A DNA stretch of 34,177 bases from an uncultured cyanobacterium (lineage in GTDB: Bacteria > Cyanobacteriota > Cyanobacteriia > Leptolyngbyales > Leptolyngbyaceae): assembly GCA_963766075.1 (NCBI GenBank), contig CAVYAN010000018.1, forward strand, positions 1 to 34,177, in the 5' to 3' direction. The stretch's first letter is position 1; the number at the start of each line of letters is the position of its first letter. The translations under genes were made by a program, and so were the position numbers. A model generated the notes under the pieces. It was given only the letters and a program-made list of their open reading frames with translations. It did not search any database and was not told the origin of the DNA. Shown piece by piece: positions 19,411-28,337 of this stretch.

Positions 19411-21444
19411 CTAAGCATTCACACCGGATACGCGGTAACCACTATCAGCCAGCATGGCATAATCCACCCCTGTGGGCTTTGTAGTGGCGGGATTATAAAT
19501 CCAGCCGTAGGACATAATGGAGCGGACACTGCTGCTGGGATGGGCAAAGTCGCCCCCGTCCTGGGACTGGAGGGCCACATAGTTCCCCCCATTGGCGATC
19601 CGCGAATACTCGCCTCGAAAGGTGGCGGTTTGGGGATTTGTTTGGTCTTCTAGGGCATACCCCGTCCAGTTTAGACCGAGCAGTCCCAGGGTATGCCCAA
19701 TTTCGTGGGCGATGACTTGATACAGGATCAGATCGGATTGTCCCGCCATAATGGCTGAATTGAGGGCAATCTGACCTACGCGGGGCATCAACTGGCTAGG
19801 GGTGCTGATCCACCCGCCAAATTCGTAGTCGGGTCCGCCGACGGAGGGTTCATTCGTGGCAGACGTGCCGGAATAGTTATTGACAAACACCACCAGATCA
19901 TCGACATAACGTCGGCTGGTAAAGCTAGAGGTGCGATCGCCTGCCGTATCCAAGCGTTTAAAGTCAGCATTCAGGGTAAAGCCAGTCCACTCATTGGCGA
20001 TCCTTTCCGCCCGATCGTTGGCCGCCTGTCGGGCGATCGCCTGCCGTGCAGGAGTCCAAAACCCCTCATAATCATTGCGAAAATCCAGATCAATATTGAA
20101 CCGACTCGTGTCTGGTGCGTAGGTATTAACCACGCCCCCCAAATCCAACACACCACTGCTGACCAATCCCCCATTCAGGCTATAGCTAATCGTATTGCTG
20201 GCGCGATTACTACTGGAGTCATCATTCTCCGCCATGAACCACACGGTACGCGGTTGATTCCAGTTTTCTGGCGTAAAGGTTAACGTCGATTGGGTGCCGT
20301 TTTGCACCTGGCCATCGGCATCCACCGTCAGCCAGTCGCCAGCCACCAGCGTCATCGTTACTGCCGCCGCTGGAGCCTGACTCAACTGAATCTGAAATGT
20401 CCCCGCCGTCCCTTCATTACCACTAAAAGCTAAATTACCCAGCCCGACCACGCCCGTCCAGACTAATCCCGTATTGCTCATCAACGGGGGCTGGGACGCT
20501 ACTGGAGGCCCCGCAATCGCCGGTACAAGTTCTAGCCCACTGCTAACCGTGGTGCCATTCATCAACCAGACGTAGTTAGCCCCCGATACCGCATGGCGCC
20601 AAATAATATCGGGCAAGCCATCCCGATTAAAGTCATCAATGGCCTGCACTTGCCAATTCAGATCGGTGACCTGATAAGAGAGTGATTGCGTACCGAGGCG
20701 ATTGGTCCCATTCATCAACCACACGGTCGTAGCACCAGATAGATAGTTTCGCCACAGAATATCCATCTGCCCATCGCCGTTAAAGTCGCCAGTACCCTGC
20801 ATTTTCAGATTGACACCGATCGCGTCAGGCAGGTTCTCCGACCGAATGAAACTCGCGCCATTCATCAGCCAGACCGTATTGCTTCCGGTCGCAGCATTGC
20901 GCCACAGGATATCCGTCTGCCCATCACCATTCAAGTCTCCCGTTCCCTGAATTTGCCAGTTCAAGTCGGGTACTGAAGCGATCCACGGATCGGACAGACG
21001 AGTCGTACCATTCATCAACCAGAGCACCACCGCCCCTGTGGCCACATTCTGCCACAGAATATCCGTCTGACCATCTCGGTTAAAGTCATCTGCCCCTTGA
21101 ATGCGCCAATTTACATCGGGTACCGCCATTAAGTCCACAGCGGCTCGATAGGCGTTGCCATTCATCAACCACACCGTATTCCTGCCTGTGGTATAGTCCC
21201 GCCACAGCAAATCCATCTGCCCATCGCCGTTAAAGTCTACCCGAAGGTTGGCCCTGCCCACGGCGGTAGCCGCAGCCGGAAGCGGCGGAAGCGCCGACAG
21301 AGACGACTGAGCGCCATAGAAACTCACTGGGTTCCTCGCGGATTCGAGCCGAACGCAATCCGCCCAGGCACCGTTGCCCGCACCGATCGCCTGAGGTAAT
21401 CCAGAATCTATGATTAAACCCGCGTCAATTGTGAGATTAGCCAT
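19411..21444 (-). CDS. FG-GAP/VCBS-type repeat protein with Ig/Calx-beta-like domain and C-terminal zinc metalloprotease
   Basis: Five D(F/L)NxDGxxD(I/L)xW...G.N.VWLMNG repeats, an LTFTPENWNQP motif, HEIGHTLG and a distal H...SIMSY. Confidence 0.85.
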   Translation of the reverse strand: MANLTIDAGLIIDSGLPQAIGAGNGAWADCVRLESARNPVSFYGAQSSLSALPPLPAAATAVGRANLRVDFNGDGQMDLLWRDYTTGRNTVWLMNGNAYRAAVDLMAVPDVNWRIQGADDFNRDGQTDILWQNVATGAVVLWLMNGTTRLSDPWIASVPDLNWQIQGTGDLNGDGQTDILWRNAATGSNTVWLMNGASFIRSENLPDAIGVNLKMQGTGDFNGDGQMDILWRNYLSGATTVWLMNGTNRLGTQSLSYQVTDLNWQVQAIDDFNRDGLPDIIWRHAVSGANYVWLMNGTTVSSGLELVPAIAGPPVASQPPLMSNTGLVWTGVVGLGNLAFSGNEGTAGTFQIQLSQAPAAAVTMTLVAGDWLTVDADGQVQNGTQSTLTFTPENWNQPRTVWFMAENDDSSSNRASNTISYSLNGGLVSSGVLDLGGVVNTYAPDTSRFNIDLDFRNDYEGFWTPARQAIARQAANDRAERIANEWTGFTLNADFKRLDTAGDRTSSFTSRRYVDDLVVFVNNYSGTSATNEPSVGGPDYEFGGWISTPSQLMPRVGQIALNSAIMAGQSDLILYQVIAHEIGHTLGLLGLNWTGYALEDQTNPQTATFRGEYSRIANGGNYVALQSQDGGDFAHPSSSVRSIMSYGWIYNPATTKPTGVDYAMLADSGYRVSGVNA

Positions 21445-21990
21445 AAGATTGGGCAGGGGTGGAAACGTGTTCTAGCGACGTAAAAAACGAGATGCGCAGA
21501 AGTAGAGGACCTGCATAAGCGACTGACCCTCACAGCGGTTACTGTGCTGCTGCTTACCGACTGCAATTGCTCCTGTTGATACACTTAAATCGGGTCATCT
21601 CTATCCCAGTGAGGCCATCCCGGCAAAATGGCTTTCCTGGCAACGCCTCCATTCGATTCGGCGGCCAAGTCCTGGCTCAGCAAGTCTTGCCTATACGAGT
21701 TCGCTTGGCATATTCCTGCACGGGCAAGCTGTCATAAAGACGTATTGCTACACGAAGTCATACTGGTTACTAATGCACTACCGAAACGGCCCGAAGTAAC
21801 ACACCCTTAATTACACCTTAATTAAACAGTCGGCACCCAATGTCCATCCCAATGGGATGGTTAACTTACATATGTAGATATACGTATGCAGACAACCCTT
21901 TAAATCGGCAAATTTAACGAAGTAGCAAACTTGACCGCCTATGAAGCTATGGTAGCGGAAGATACGCGCAGCTTGTGTGTAGAAATGATG

Positions 21991-22019
21991 AAGCTCCCGT
22001 GCAAGCACGGAGGCTTTTT
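21991..22019 (+). terminator. Terminator-like hairpin with no coding gene upstream on its strand
   Basis: AAGCTCCCGTG-CAAG-CACGGAGGCTT followed by TTT. Confidence 0.5.
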
Positions 22020-22329
22020 AGAAGAGACGATTTACTTTGGTAGAAAATAGGCTGCCCTGTTCGAGAACCCCAGTAGAGTAGAAAGCGGGGGAGTCAACGG
22101 TAGAGTTTAGCGAAACGAAACTTTTTCAAGGATTTTCCCGTCCGCGATGGCAGTTCTCGGATTATGTCTACGCCTCAAGTCAGTCTGATTCCGAACAGCC
22201 CATGGTGTGGTGATGTTTCTATACTGATGTTTCTTACTATTGACGAGTTAGTGCGATGCAGTTACGCAAAGAACAGCGACCAGTCGCTGGGGTTACGCCG
22301 ATGCAGTCCTTGATCCAGGTGAAGTCCGA

Positions 22330-23577
22330 GTGAACATTGAAACGAGCTACTACAATCGACCCATTAGTTCGGAAGAGCAGCGCCTTTACAGTCACTTGCT
22401 GTATTTGTCGCAGGTGGAATCTCCGTCTAAGTTGGTTGAGCGGGTGCGCAAGCTATTTATTGATGGCATTGGCTACCCGGATCCGGATATTCAGGATACG
22501 GTGGAGCAGATCGTCAGAGCGGACAGTGCTAGCTCTGATTTTCGATTTATTCTGAATCGGTGCTGTTACATTTTGTTGAACCGCTGGATTGTGCATCCTC
22601 GGTTTCAAGGGGCAATTTCGGAGCTGGTCGCTGTTTTTGAACAAGGGTCTACGGAGACGATTTATCCGCGCTATGTGCAGCGGCTACGAGAACTGACCCG
22701 CGCCTTTTTGCAGACTGAGCAGTTCTTGATTCTGCGGCGGTTTGCTGAGCTGACTCGCCCGGAAGTGGATGCGGCCCCAACGCATCAGCACTTGGGGAGC
22801 TACATTCGCCGCTATCCCTATCTGTACGAGCATTGCCTATTGCCCGAAAATAGTGGCGACGATCAGCGCGAAACGGTGCAGCGGCTTCAAGAGGAGGCGA
22901 GACAGCAGTTTGAGGTGGATCTGTCGCAGTATATTACCCATCGGATGATGCGATCGCCCGCGCTGATCAGCGCCACGGCGGTCAAAAATCCCACCTTGCT
23001 GAGCGACAATGACCTATGCCTTGCTGTCAGACAGTTTACGACTAAAATTGACGGCCACCACACCCAAAAAGATCTGGCGCAGCAGTTCATTACGTACAGC
23101 CGCCGCGCCCCCTCGTTCGGGGTCTTTAAAAATGACTTGTATGAGTATTTGACGATGGCGATCGAACCGGGCTATGGTACGCGCCAATTTAACCAGCGAC
23201 TGTATGGGCAGCTCCAAGACATTCTGCCGCAGAACGATGGGCAACTCCCCAATGAGTCCCTACTCATTCGGACCTGTAGCAAGCTGCTGAATTTTCTGGT
23301 GGTAGACAGTGCCCAACAGCCCGCCCACTATGTGTTTTTGGACTTGATTAATAATCTGGGCACGACCTTCACTATTAGCTTGCTGATGCGGATTGTCCTG
23401 CTGTGCCAAAATGTCAAATCCCATCTCGAGCGCCGATTTTCGATTCTTTTTAACCATTACGAGGGACACACCCGTGATGGGGGAATTGAATGGCTCATTG
23501 CTGCCCTGGAAACTCTTAATGTGGCCTTTGCCACGAATTTTGGGTCGATGAATTTTTCGCATACCCTGGGGGTTTAG
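22330..23577 (+). CDS. Conserved cyanobacterial hypothetical protein (alpha-helical)
   Basis: 415-aa ORF with GTG start. Motifs LNRCCYILLNRW, IRRYPYLYEHCL, KNPTLLS and LERRFSILFNHYE resemble a cyanobacterial family of unknown function. Confidence 0.85.
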   Translation: MNIETSYYNRPISSEEQRLYSHLLYLSQVESPSKLVERVRKLFIDGIGYPDPDIQDTVEQIVRADSASSDFRFILNRCCYILLNRWIVHPRFQGAISELVAVFEQGSTETIYPRYVQRLRELTRAFLQTEQFLILRRFAELTRPEVDAAPTHQHLGSYIRRYPYLYEHCLLPENSGDDQRETVQRLQEEARQQFEVDLSQYITHRMMRSPALISATAVKNPTLLSDNDLCLAVRQFTTKIDGHHTQKDLAQQFITYSRRAPSFGVFKNDLYEYLTMAIEPGYGTRQFNQRLYGQLQDILPQNDGQLPNESLLIRTCSKLLNFLVVDSAQQPAHYVFLDLINNLGTTFTISLLMRIVLLCQNVKSHLERRFSILFNHYEGHTRDGGIEWLIAALETLNVAFATNFGSMNFSHTLGV

Positions 23578-23590
23578 AGCTCTCCGGTTG

Positions 23591-23743
23591 GCTCCCTTCG
23601 ACTCCGCTCCCTTCGACTCCGCTCAGGGAGCAGTTTGGATTGTAAGGAAGCAGTTTGCACTGGCTGGGCAGAATTGCAGCCAGCAGGCATGCCATGTGTT
23701 TTGGAAAAGTGCCTTTTGGGAAGGTGCCTTTTGGGAAGGTGCC
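23591..23743. repeat. Two 15-bp tandem repeats between convergent genes
   Basis: GCTCCCTTCGACTCC x2.3 (23591-23624) and TTTTGGRAARGTGCC x3 (23699-23743, abutting the phosphoesterase stop codon). Confidence 0.85.
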
Positions 23744-25476
23744 TAAAGCTGGAACCGATCAAATTCAACCACCGCAGAGTCGGGCTGACGCGTATCAAAG
23801 CGGTAGCTGCTAACCGTACCAGTGCCAGTGTCTAGGATGCTAAAGACTGTAATGTCATTGCTAGCAATATAGGGTTGGGGCTGGCCGTTGGCATCCCGTA
23901 GAGGATCCAAGGTTGGGAGGATCGGGGGTAAGCCGTTAGGGTTGCCTTGGGCGACAGAGGCTTCCACCGGATGCACCGATCGCCGTTGATCGCCGAGGTA
24001 AGCCCCATAGGAGTTGCCGACGTTGGACGTTTCTAAAAAGTGCATGCCCTGGGGGCTAATGAATCGATTCCACAGGTGGGAATGCCCATAAAAGACCAGG
24101 TTAACGCCCGCTTTTTCCAGCAGCGGTACAACATCCCGGATAAGGTAGTCCGCGCTTTTGGGGTAGTCATAGCGAACTGCCACGATCGCCCCACGGGCAT
24201 CCCGCTCAATCTTTTGCACGGGATCGGTATAGGCAGGCACACTGTTGACGCCCAGGGAGTGGGCGGGATGGTGGAACATGACCACCTTATATTTTGCCCG
24301 TTGAAAAGCGGGACTGCGGAGTTCCTGTTGCAGCCAGGTGTATTGAGGACTGCCGGGAGCGATCGCTTCAAAGATCATGTGCCCATGGCCCCATTGGCTA
24401 GGATCGGCTAAATCCTGCGATCGCTCCTGATAGCGTCCCCGCACAGTAGCATCGAGGCTGGGCGATCTCCAGATGGTAGTGGCATACAACACCACCAGCC
24501 GCATATCGCCAAAGGTCGTGGCATAGTACTTTTTTCCACCTGAAGAACTATCCGGCAGACTAAATATCTCCTCGTAGGTGTCGGTATTGAAGGCGTGATC
24601 CTTAACCCATGTGGGGTCATGGCCTTGGGGAAGATGGGCCGCAGCGGCTTTGGCGGCAGCCAGGGGCACGGGATCGTTAAATTGTTCGTCTAGTGTAGAG
24701 GTGGAGAGCGATCGCCCCATCACCTCGTGGTTCCCAATGGCCGGAAATAGCGGCGCTGACTGGATTAAGGCTCCTCCGTAATACACCGTTTTGCGGCCAT
24801 TTTTCTCCAGAACGGACTGAGCACGGCCTTGGAGTGCCGGGAAAAAGGCTCCGCCTCGGGCATCGTCGAACCATTCGGAGGCGCGATCGGGGACGTTAAC
24901 CAGATCCCCAGCAAATAGCACCCCATCAATTGGACCCACGGTTTCCACCACCTTTTGCAGATTTGCTGCTGTCATCGGCTTCAACTGGTGATCGGAGGTC
25001 AGCAGCAGCTTCAGCGGTTTGCCGGGTGATGGACTCGGGGCCAGGGAGAAGATGGCGCTGCTGACACTGGACCCCGCTGTTTGGACGCTAGTGACACGGT
25101 AAGGCAGAGAGGTGTCGGCGATCAACTGGGGGATTTCGGCTTCGTGTCGCCAGATGGGGCGGGACTGGGGAGACGATGGGGGGAAGCCTCTGGGGATGTG
25201 GGAATCTTGGTCTTCGCGGGTACGGCTGAGTTGGGTGGTGGTGGCGATCGCCGTTTTTTCCAAGTCATTCCCATAGTGCACGGTGTGGCGATCGCCGGGA
25301 AACTCCGTGAACCAGGCAACCCGCACAGAATTGGGTGTGGGCAGTTGCAGGAAGGGATCGGTTAGCAGTTGAGGCGGCATGGTGGCAAGGGCAGCAAGCA
25401 GTAAGGAGGTGATTACCAGCAGAATACCAGCCAATATTCCACCCACACGGTATCGCTGCCCCTCGAATTTTGGCAT
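23743..25476 (-). CDS. Exported calcineurin-like metallophosphoesterase (purple-acid-phosphatase-like N-terminal domain)
   Basis: N-terminal hydrophobic anchor; motifs SDHQ, GDLV, GNHE, FHH and GHSH. Confidence 0.92.
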   Translation of the reverse strand: MPKFEGQRYRVGGILAGILLVITSLLLAALATMPPQLLTDPFLQLPTPNSVRVAWFTEFPGDRHTVHYGNDLEKTAIATTTQLSRTREDQDSHIPRGFPPSSPQSRPIWRHEAEIPQLIADTSLPYRVTSVQTAGSSVSSAIFSLAPSPSPGKPLKLLLTSDHQLKPMTAANLQKVVETVGPIDGVLFAGDLVNVPDRASEWFDDARGGAFFPALQGRAQSVLEKNGRKTVYYGGALIQSAPLFPAIGNHEVMGRSLSTSTLDEQFNDPVPLAAAKAAAAHLPQGHDPTWVKDHAFNTDTYEEIFSLPDSSSGGKKYYATTFGDMRLVVLYATTIWRSPSLDATVRGRYQERSQDLADPSQWGHGHMIFEAIAPGSPQYTWLQQELRSPAFQRAKYKVVMFHHPAHSLGVNSVPAYTDPVQKIERDARGAIVAVRYDYPKSADYLIRDVVPLLEKAGVNLVFYGHSHLWNRFISPQGMHFLETSNVGNSYGAYLGDQRRSVHPVEASVAQGNPNGLPPILPTLDPLRDANGQPQPYIASNDITVFSILDTGTGTVSSYRFDTRQPDSAVVEFDRFQL

Positions 25477-25505
25477 GGAACCTCCGACTAAATCCTCACC
25501 CTAAA

Positions 25506-25541
25506 AGCCCCAGGGATCTTGCAGACAGCATCCCTGGGGCT
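25506..25541 (-). terminator. Rho-independent terminator
   Basis: 12-bp stem AGCCCCAGGGAT / ATCCCTGGGGCT with TTTT on the minus strand, downstream of the 25613 gene. Confidence 0.65.
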
Positions 25542-25586
25542 AGCACTCTCAACTATTTAATCTAGAGGCGGTTAAATCTCAACGAA

Positions 25587-25623
25587 GCTGTGGCTAAATT
25601 TCGGTGCTGTGGCTAAATTTCGG
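25587..25623. repeat. 18-bp duplication that includes the stop codon of the 25613 gene
   Basis: GCTGTGGCTAAATTTCGG at 25587-25604 and 25606-25623. Confidence 0.85.
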
Positions 25624-26500
25624 CAACCGCCCGTTCAATTAACCGTCTGGCTAACGTTTGGGTGCCTGTATGGCTATAGTACTTGACCGCAATATCCAGG
25701 AATGCCCCCAGATAATCTAGCTTATCCTTGGACACTTCCACGAACTTCACCAAATTGCCCGTGACATTTTCCTGGGTGAGATTCCGGGAGGCGACAAAAT
25801 CAGTCATCCAGCCCTTAACCGAGTCAAAGCTCTGATTAATAAAGCCCAGCTTGCCTGCGGAATCGCCACCGGGAATCAGGTCACTTACACCGTGGAAGGT
25901 TTGGTTTTGCTCCAGTTCCTTAGGTGAAAGCCCTTGGATCGTATTCAAGCCTTTCAAAATAAAATCCGGCCCCAGGGGAACAAGCCCATCAAAGCAAACA
26001 AGCGCTGCCATGCGCATGAGTGATTCGCCACCGTAGTCGCCCAGGGCACCCAGAAAGTCGCCAATGCTATCGCCGGGGATGCCGTTGATTTGGCAAAAGG
26101 CGACCAATTCAACCACCAGCTTGACCGTTAGGTCAATACTCTGGGCCTTTTCTGGTTTGGGCGTCAGGTTGCCCAAAATCCCCAGGAAGGGAATATCTTG
26201 ACCAATTTTGTTGGCCATGGCTGCTGCGCCGAGCGCTCCGGACGCACTGTCTACGGTTTGATACAGCCACAGTGCCCGCTGGTAGCCTTGAGATTTATCG
26301 TTATACAGGGCAACGGCCCGTTCCCCAATTTGCTGAATCAAGCTGTCGTCCGTTTCGCCGGTGACGGTTTTGATTGTGTTGTTAAATCCAGTCAGGTTAT
26401 TCCACTGTCCAGGGACGACGAAATCCAGGGAGCGCAGCGCCATCACGGTCGTGCCGCCCGTTGGCAGTTCGTCCACGAGTTCAAAAATTGGTTTGCTCAT
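25613..26500 (-). CDS. Conserved cyanobacterial hypothetical protein
   Basis: 295-aa ORF (LDFVVPGQW, GYQRALWLYQTVD, AFCQINGIPGDS, HTGTQTLARRLIERA). No function can be assigned. Confidence 0.85.
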   Translation of the reverse strand: MSKPIFELVDELPTGGTTVMALRSLDFVVPGQWNNLTGFNNTIKTVTGETDDSLIQQIGERAVALYNDKSQGYQRALWLYQTVDSASGALGAAAMANKIGQDIPFLGILGNLTPKPEKAQSIDLTVKLVVELVAFCQINGIPGDSIGDFLGALGDYGGESLMRMAALVCFDGLVPLGPDFILKGLNTIQGLSPKELEQNQTFHGVSDLIPGGDSAGKLGFINQSFDSVKGWMTDFVASRNLTQENVTGNLVKFVEVSKDKLDYLGAFLDIAVKYYSHTGTQTLARRLIERAVAEI

Positions 26501-26531
26501 AGGAAATTAGGGGCAGGCCCTAGAGAATAGG

Positions 26532-26567
26532 TTTTCGATGCATATTTTCGATGCATATTTGTCGATG
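26532..26567. repeat. 13-bp tandem repeat
   Basis: TTTTCGATGCATA x2 plus TTTGTCGATG. Confidence 0.8.
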
Positions 26568-26651
26568 AGAGGAAGGCGCGGATCAAGCCCCCCAAGCCCC
26601 CATGATGCAGGACGCTGCTATTGACTGGCAGCGTAGGGATGGCTGATCGCC

Positions 26652-27164
26652 TTACTTCACCTGGGCGAGGCCCCGCAGATCAAAGCGCTGTAGCCAAGTT
26701 TGGCGATCGCTCTTACTAAAGGCGGGATCGCGGGAGAGTACTTTCACTTGGTAGCGATCGTTCACTAAAACCGCAGTCTGAGTGGTCCCAATTTCCACAG
26801 CAGGATAGCCCGCTACGGTAACGGTACTGTTCGCAAACTTTTGGGCGGCAGTCGGCAGGCTAATCGTATCGGATATAGCCAGCATGGCCATATCTTTGCC
26901 ATCTTTCTTGAGCTTGGCTTCGGCAAAGCCTTTTTTCTCTTGGGTAAAAACCCGCTCATAGCCAGCGGTCGCTCCAGGGAAAAATTGATTAAAACTGCTG
27001 CCCTGCTCAGCCTTTTTGGCGACAGCGGGCTGGGCACCCTTCTGGGTGGTTTCTTGCTGCACCTGAGCGTAGGGCGATGGTGGTTTGGGTGCACAGCCCG
27101 TCACCAGCAGCACTACCGACAAAAGGACAGAAGCGAATACTTTGCGCCAATTTAAGGAAGTCAT
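26652..27164 (-). CDS. Conserved hypothetical lipoprotein
   Basis: Signal peptide with lipobox VTG-C and an AGGAG RBS; motifs QEKKGFAEAKLKKDG and RYQVKVLSR. Confidence 0.85.
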   Translation of the reverse strand: MTSLNWRKVFASVLLSVVLLVTGCAPKPPSPYAQVQQETTQKGAQPAVAKKAEQGSSFNQFFPGATAGYERVFTQEKKGFAEAKLKKDGKDMAMLAISDTISLPTAAQKFANSTVTVAGYPAVEIGTTQTAVLVNDRYQVKVLSRDPAFSKSDRQTWLQRFDLRGLAQVK

Positions 27165-27257
27165 GGCCTACTCCTGAATGATGAAACATGTGGCACGACG
27201 ATCAGTCTATCGCTAATCAGTTTAGGATGCCTCTGTCATCTGACCGAAGTCGGCTCT

Positions 27258-28277
27258 CTAAAAATTATTAATTCCGGCCCAGGTGAGACGTGCTCCCCAA
27301 AACAACGTCAGGATTGCCAGGGCGGTCCAGTCAGCCGATCTGAGGCGAAATTGGTGCCACTCCACCCGATGCTGGTTGGGTGTGGTAAACCCGCGCACCT
27401 GGATCGCGCTAGAGATTTGCTCGGCCCGCAGGAGCAGATTTTCTAGCAAGCGTTCGCTAATGGTGAGCCAGATTTGCAAGCTGCGGCGGATGCCCAATTT
27501 CTGCCAGTTGATCGCCCGGGTTCGCACCGATCGCACCAAGTTCTGAATTTCCTCCAAGACAAGGGGAATAAATCGCAGGGACAGGGTGAGGGTGAGGGCA
27601 ATCTCGGTGACGGGCAGGTTGAAGCGCCGCAGAGGCGACATCCAGTTTTCAATCGCGGCGGTAATTTCTTCTGGGGCGGTGGTCAGCAAGTACAGGGTGG
27701 TGCTGTAGAGCAACGTGAAAAATAGAGTGCTGATCCGGATCGCCAGATCGAGCGATCGCCGCGTCACAGTGCCAATTTGCTGCGGTTGAGTGCCATCTCC
27801 CAGATGAAACAGTACATAGCGATAGTCCGTGGGTTGAGGCAGCCGGGGCGCACTCTGAGAATCAGGGGTGGGTCTAGTCGCCTGTCCCCAGCCCCAGGGA
27901 TTGTACCAGGGGTGCGCAGGCGGCGGTTCCGGCAGCCGTGCTGGCTGCTGCGCAAAAGCCAGTTCCTGGGCCGGCAAGCGCAATTGATGGCGAGTACGAA
28001 GGCCGTCTGGCAAAACTGCCGTTAGGGCAAACAGGAGCAAGCACAGCCCCAAGAGCCAGAGCATTTGCTGCCGCCATACCCGCCAGGGAATTCCTGCCGA
28101 TAGAGTAATCGTAATTAATAAAATCACTAGCAGTACCCGCCAAAACGGGGGAGCTAGCAATGGTGCGGCTAAGAACGTCATCAGCCAGCCTAACTTGACC
28201 CGTGCATCCAAGCGATGGAGCCAAGTCACGGGCTGTTCTAGATAAAGTCCCAAAGGCAGGGATCGTAGTAAATCCAT
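27258..28277 (-). CDS. ecfT: ECF transporter transmembrane component T (EcfT/CbiQ family)
   Basis: LHRLDARVKL, TTAPEEI, LSLRFIPLVLEE, RTRA and VRGF motifs. Confidence 0.9.
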   Translation of the reverse strand: MDLLRSLPLGLYLEQPVTWLHRLDARVKLGWLMTFLAAPLLAPPFWRVLLVILLITITLSAGIPWRVWRQQMLWLLGLCLLLFALTAVLPDGLRTRHQLRLPAQELAFAQQPARLPEPPPAHPWYNPWGWGQATRPTPDSQSAPRLPQPTDYRYVLFHLGDGTQPQQIGTVTRRSLDLAIRISTLFFTLLYSTTLYLLTTAPEEITAAIENWMSPLRRFNLPVTEIALTLTLSLRFIPLVLEEIQNLVRSVRTRAINWQKLGIRRSLQIWLTISERLLENLLLRAEQISSAIQVRGFTTPNQHRVEWHQFRLRSADWTALAILTLFWGARLTWAGINNF

Positions 28278-28285
28278 CGATTAAA

Positions 28286-28337
28286 TTACCCTTTCAACAC
28301 CCGTTATCCTTTCAGCACCCGTTACCCTTTCAGCACC
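28286..28337. repeat. 18-bp tandem repeat x3 that copies the last codons and stop of der
   Basis: TTACCCTTTCAACACCCG / TTATCCTTTCAGCACCCG / TTACCCTTTCAGCACC. Confidence 0.88.

Noticed and set aside
20560..21240. Regularly spaced DNA repeats (~140-bp period) that could suggest a CRISPR array
   Set aside because: They are degenerate in-frame FG-GAP protein repeats. There are no identical direct repeats with unique spacers and no cas genes.
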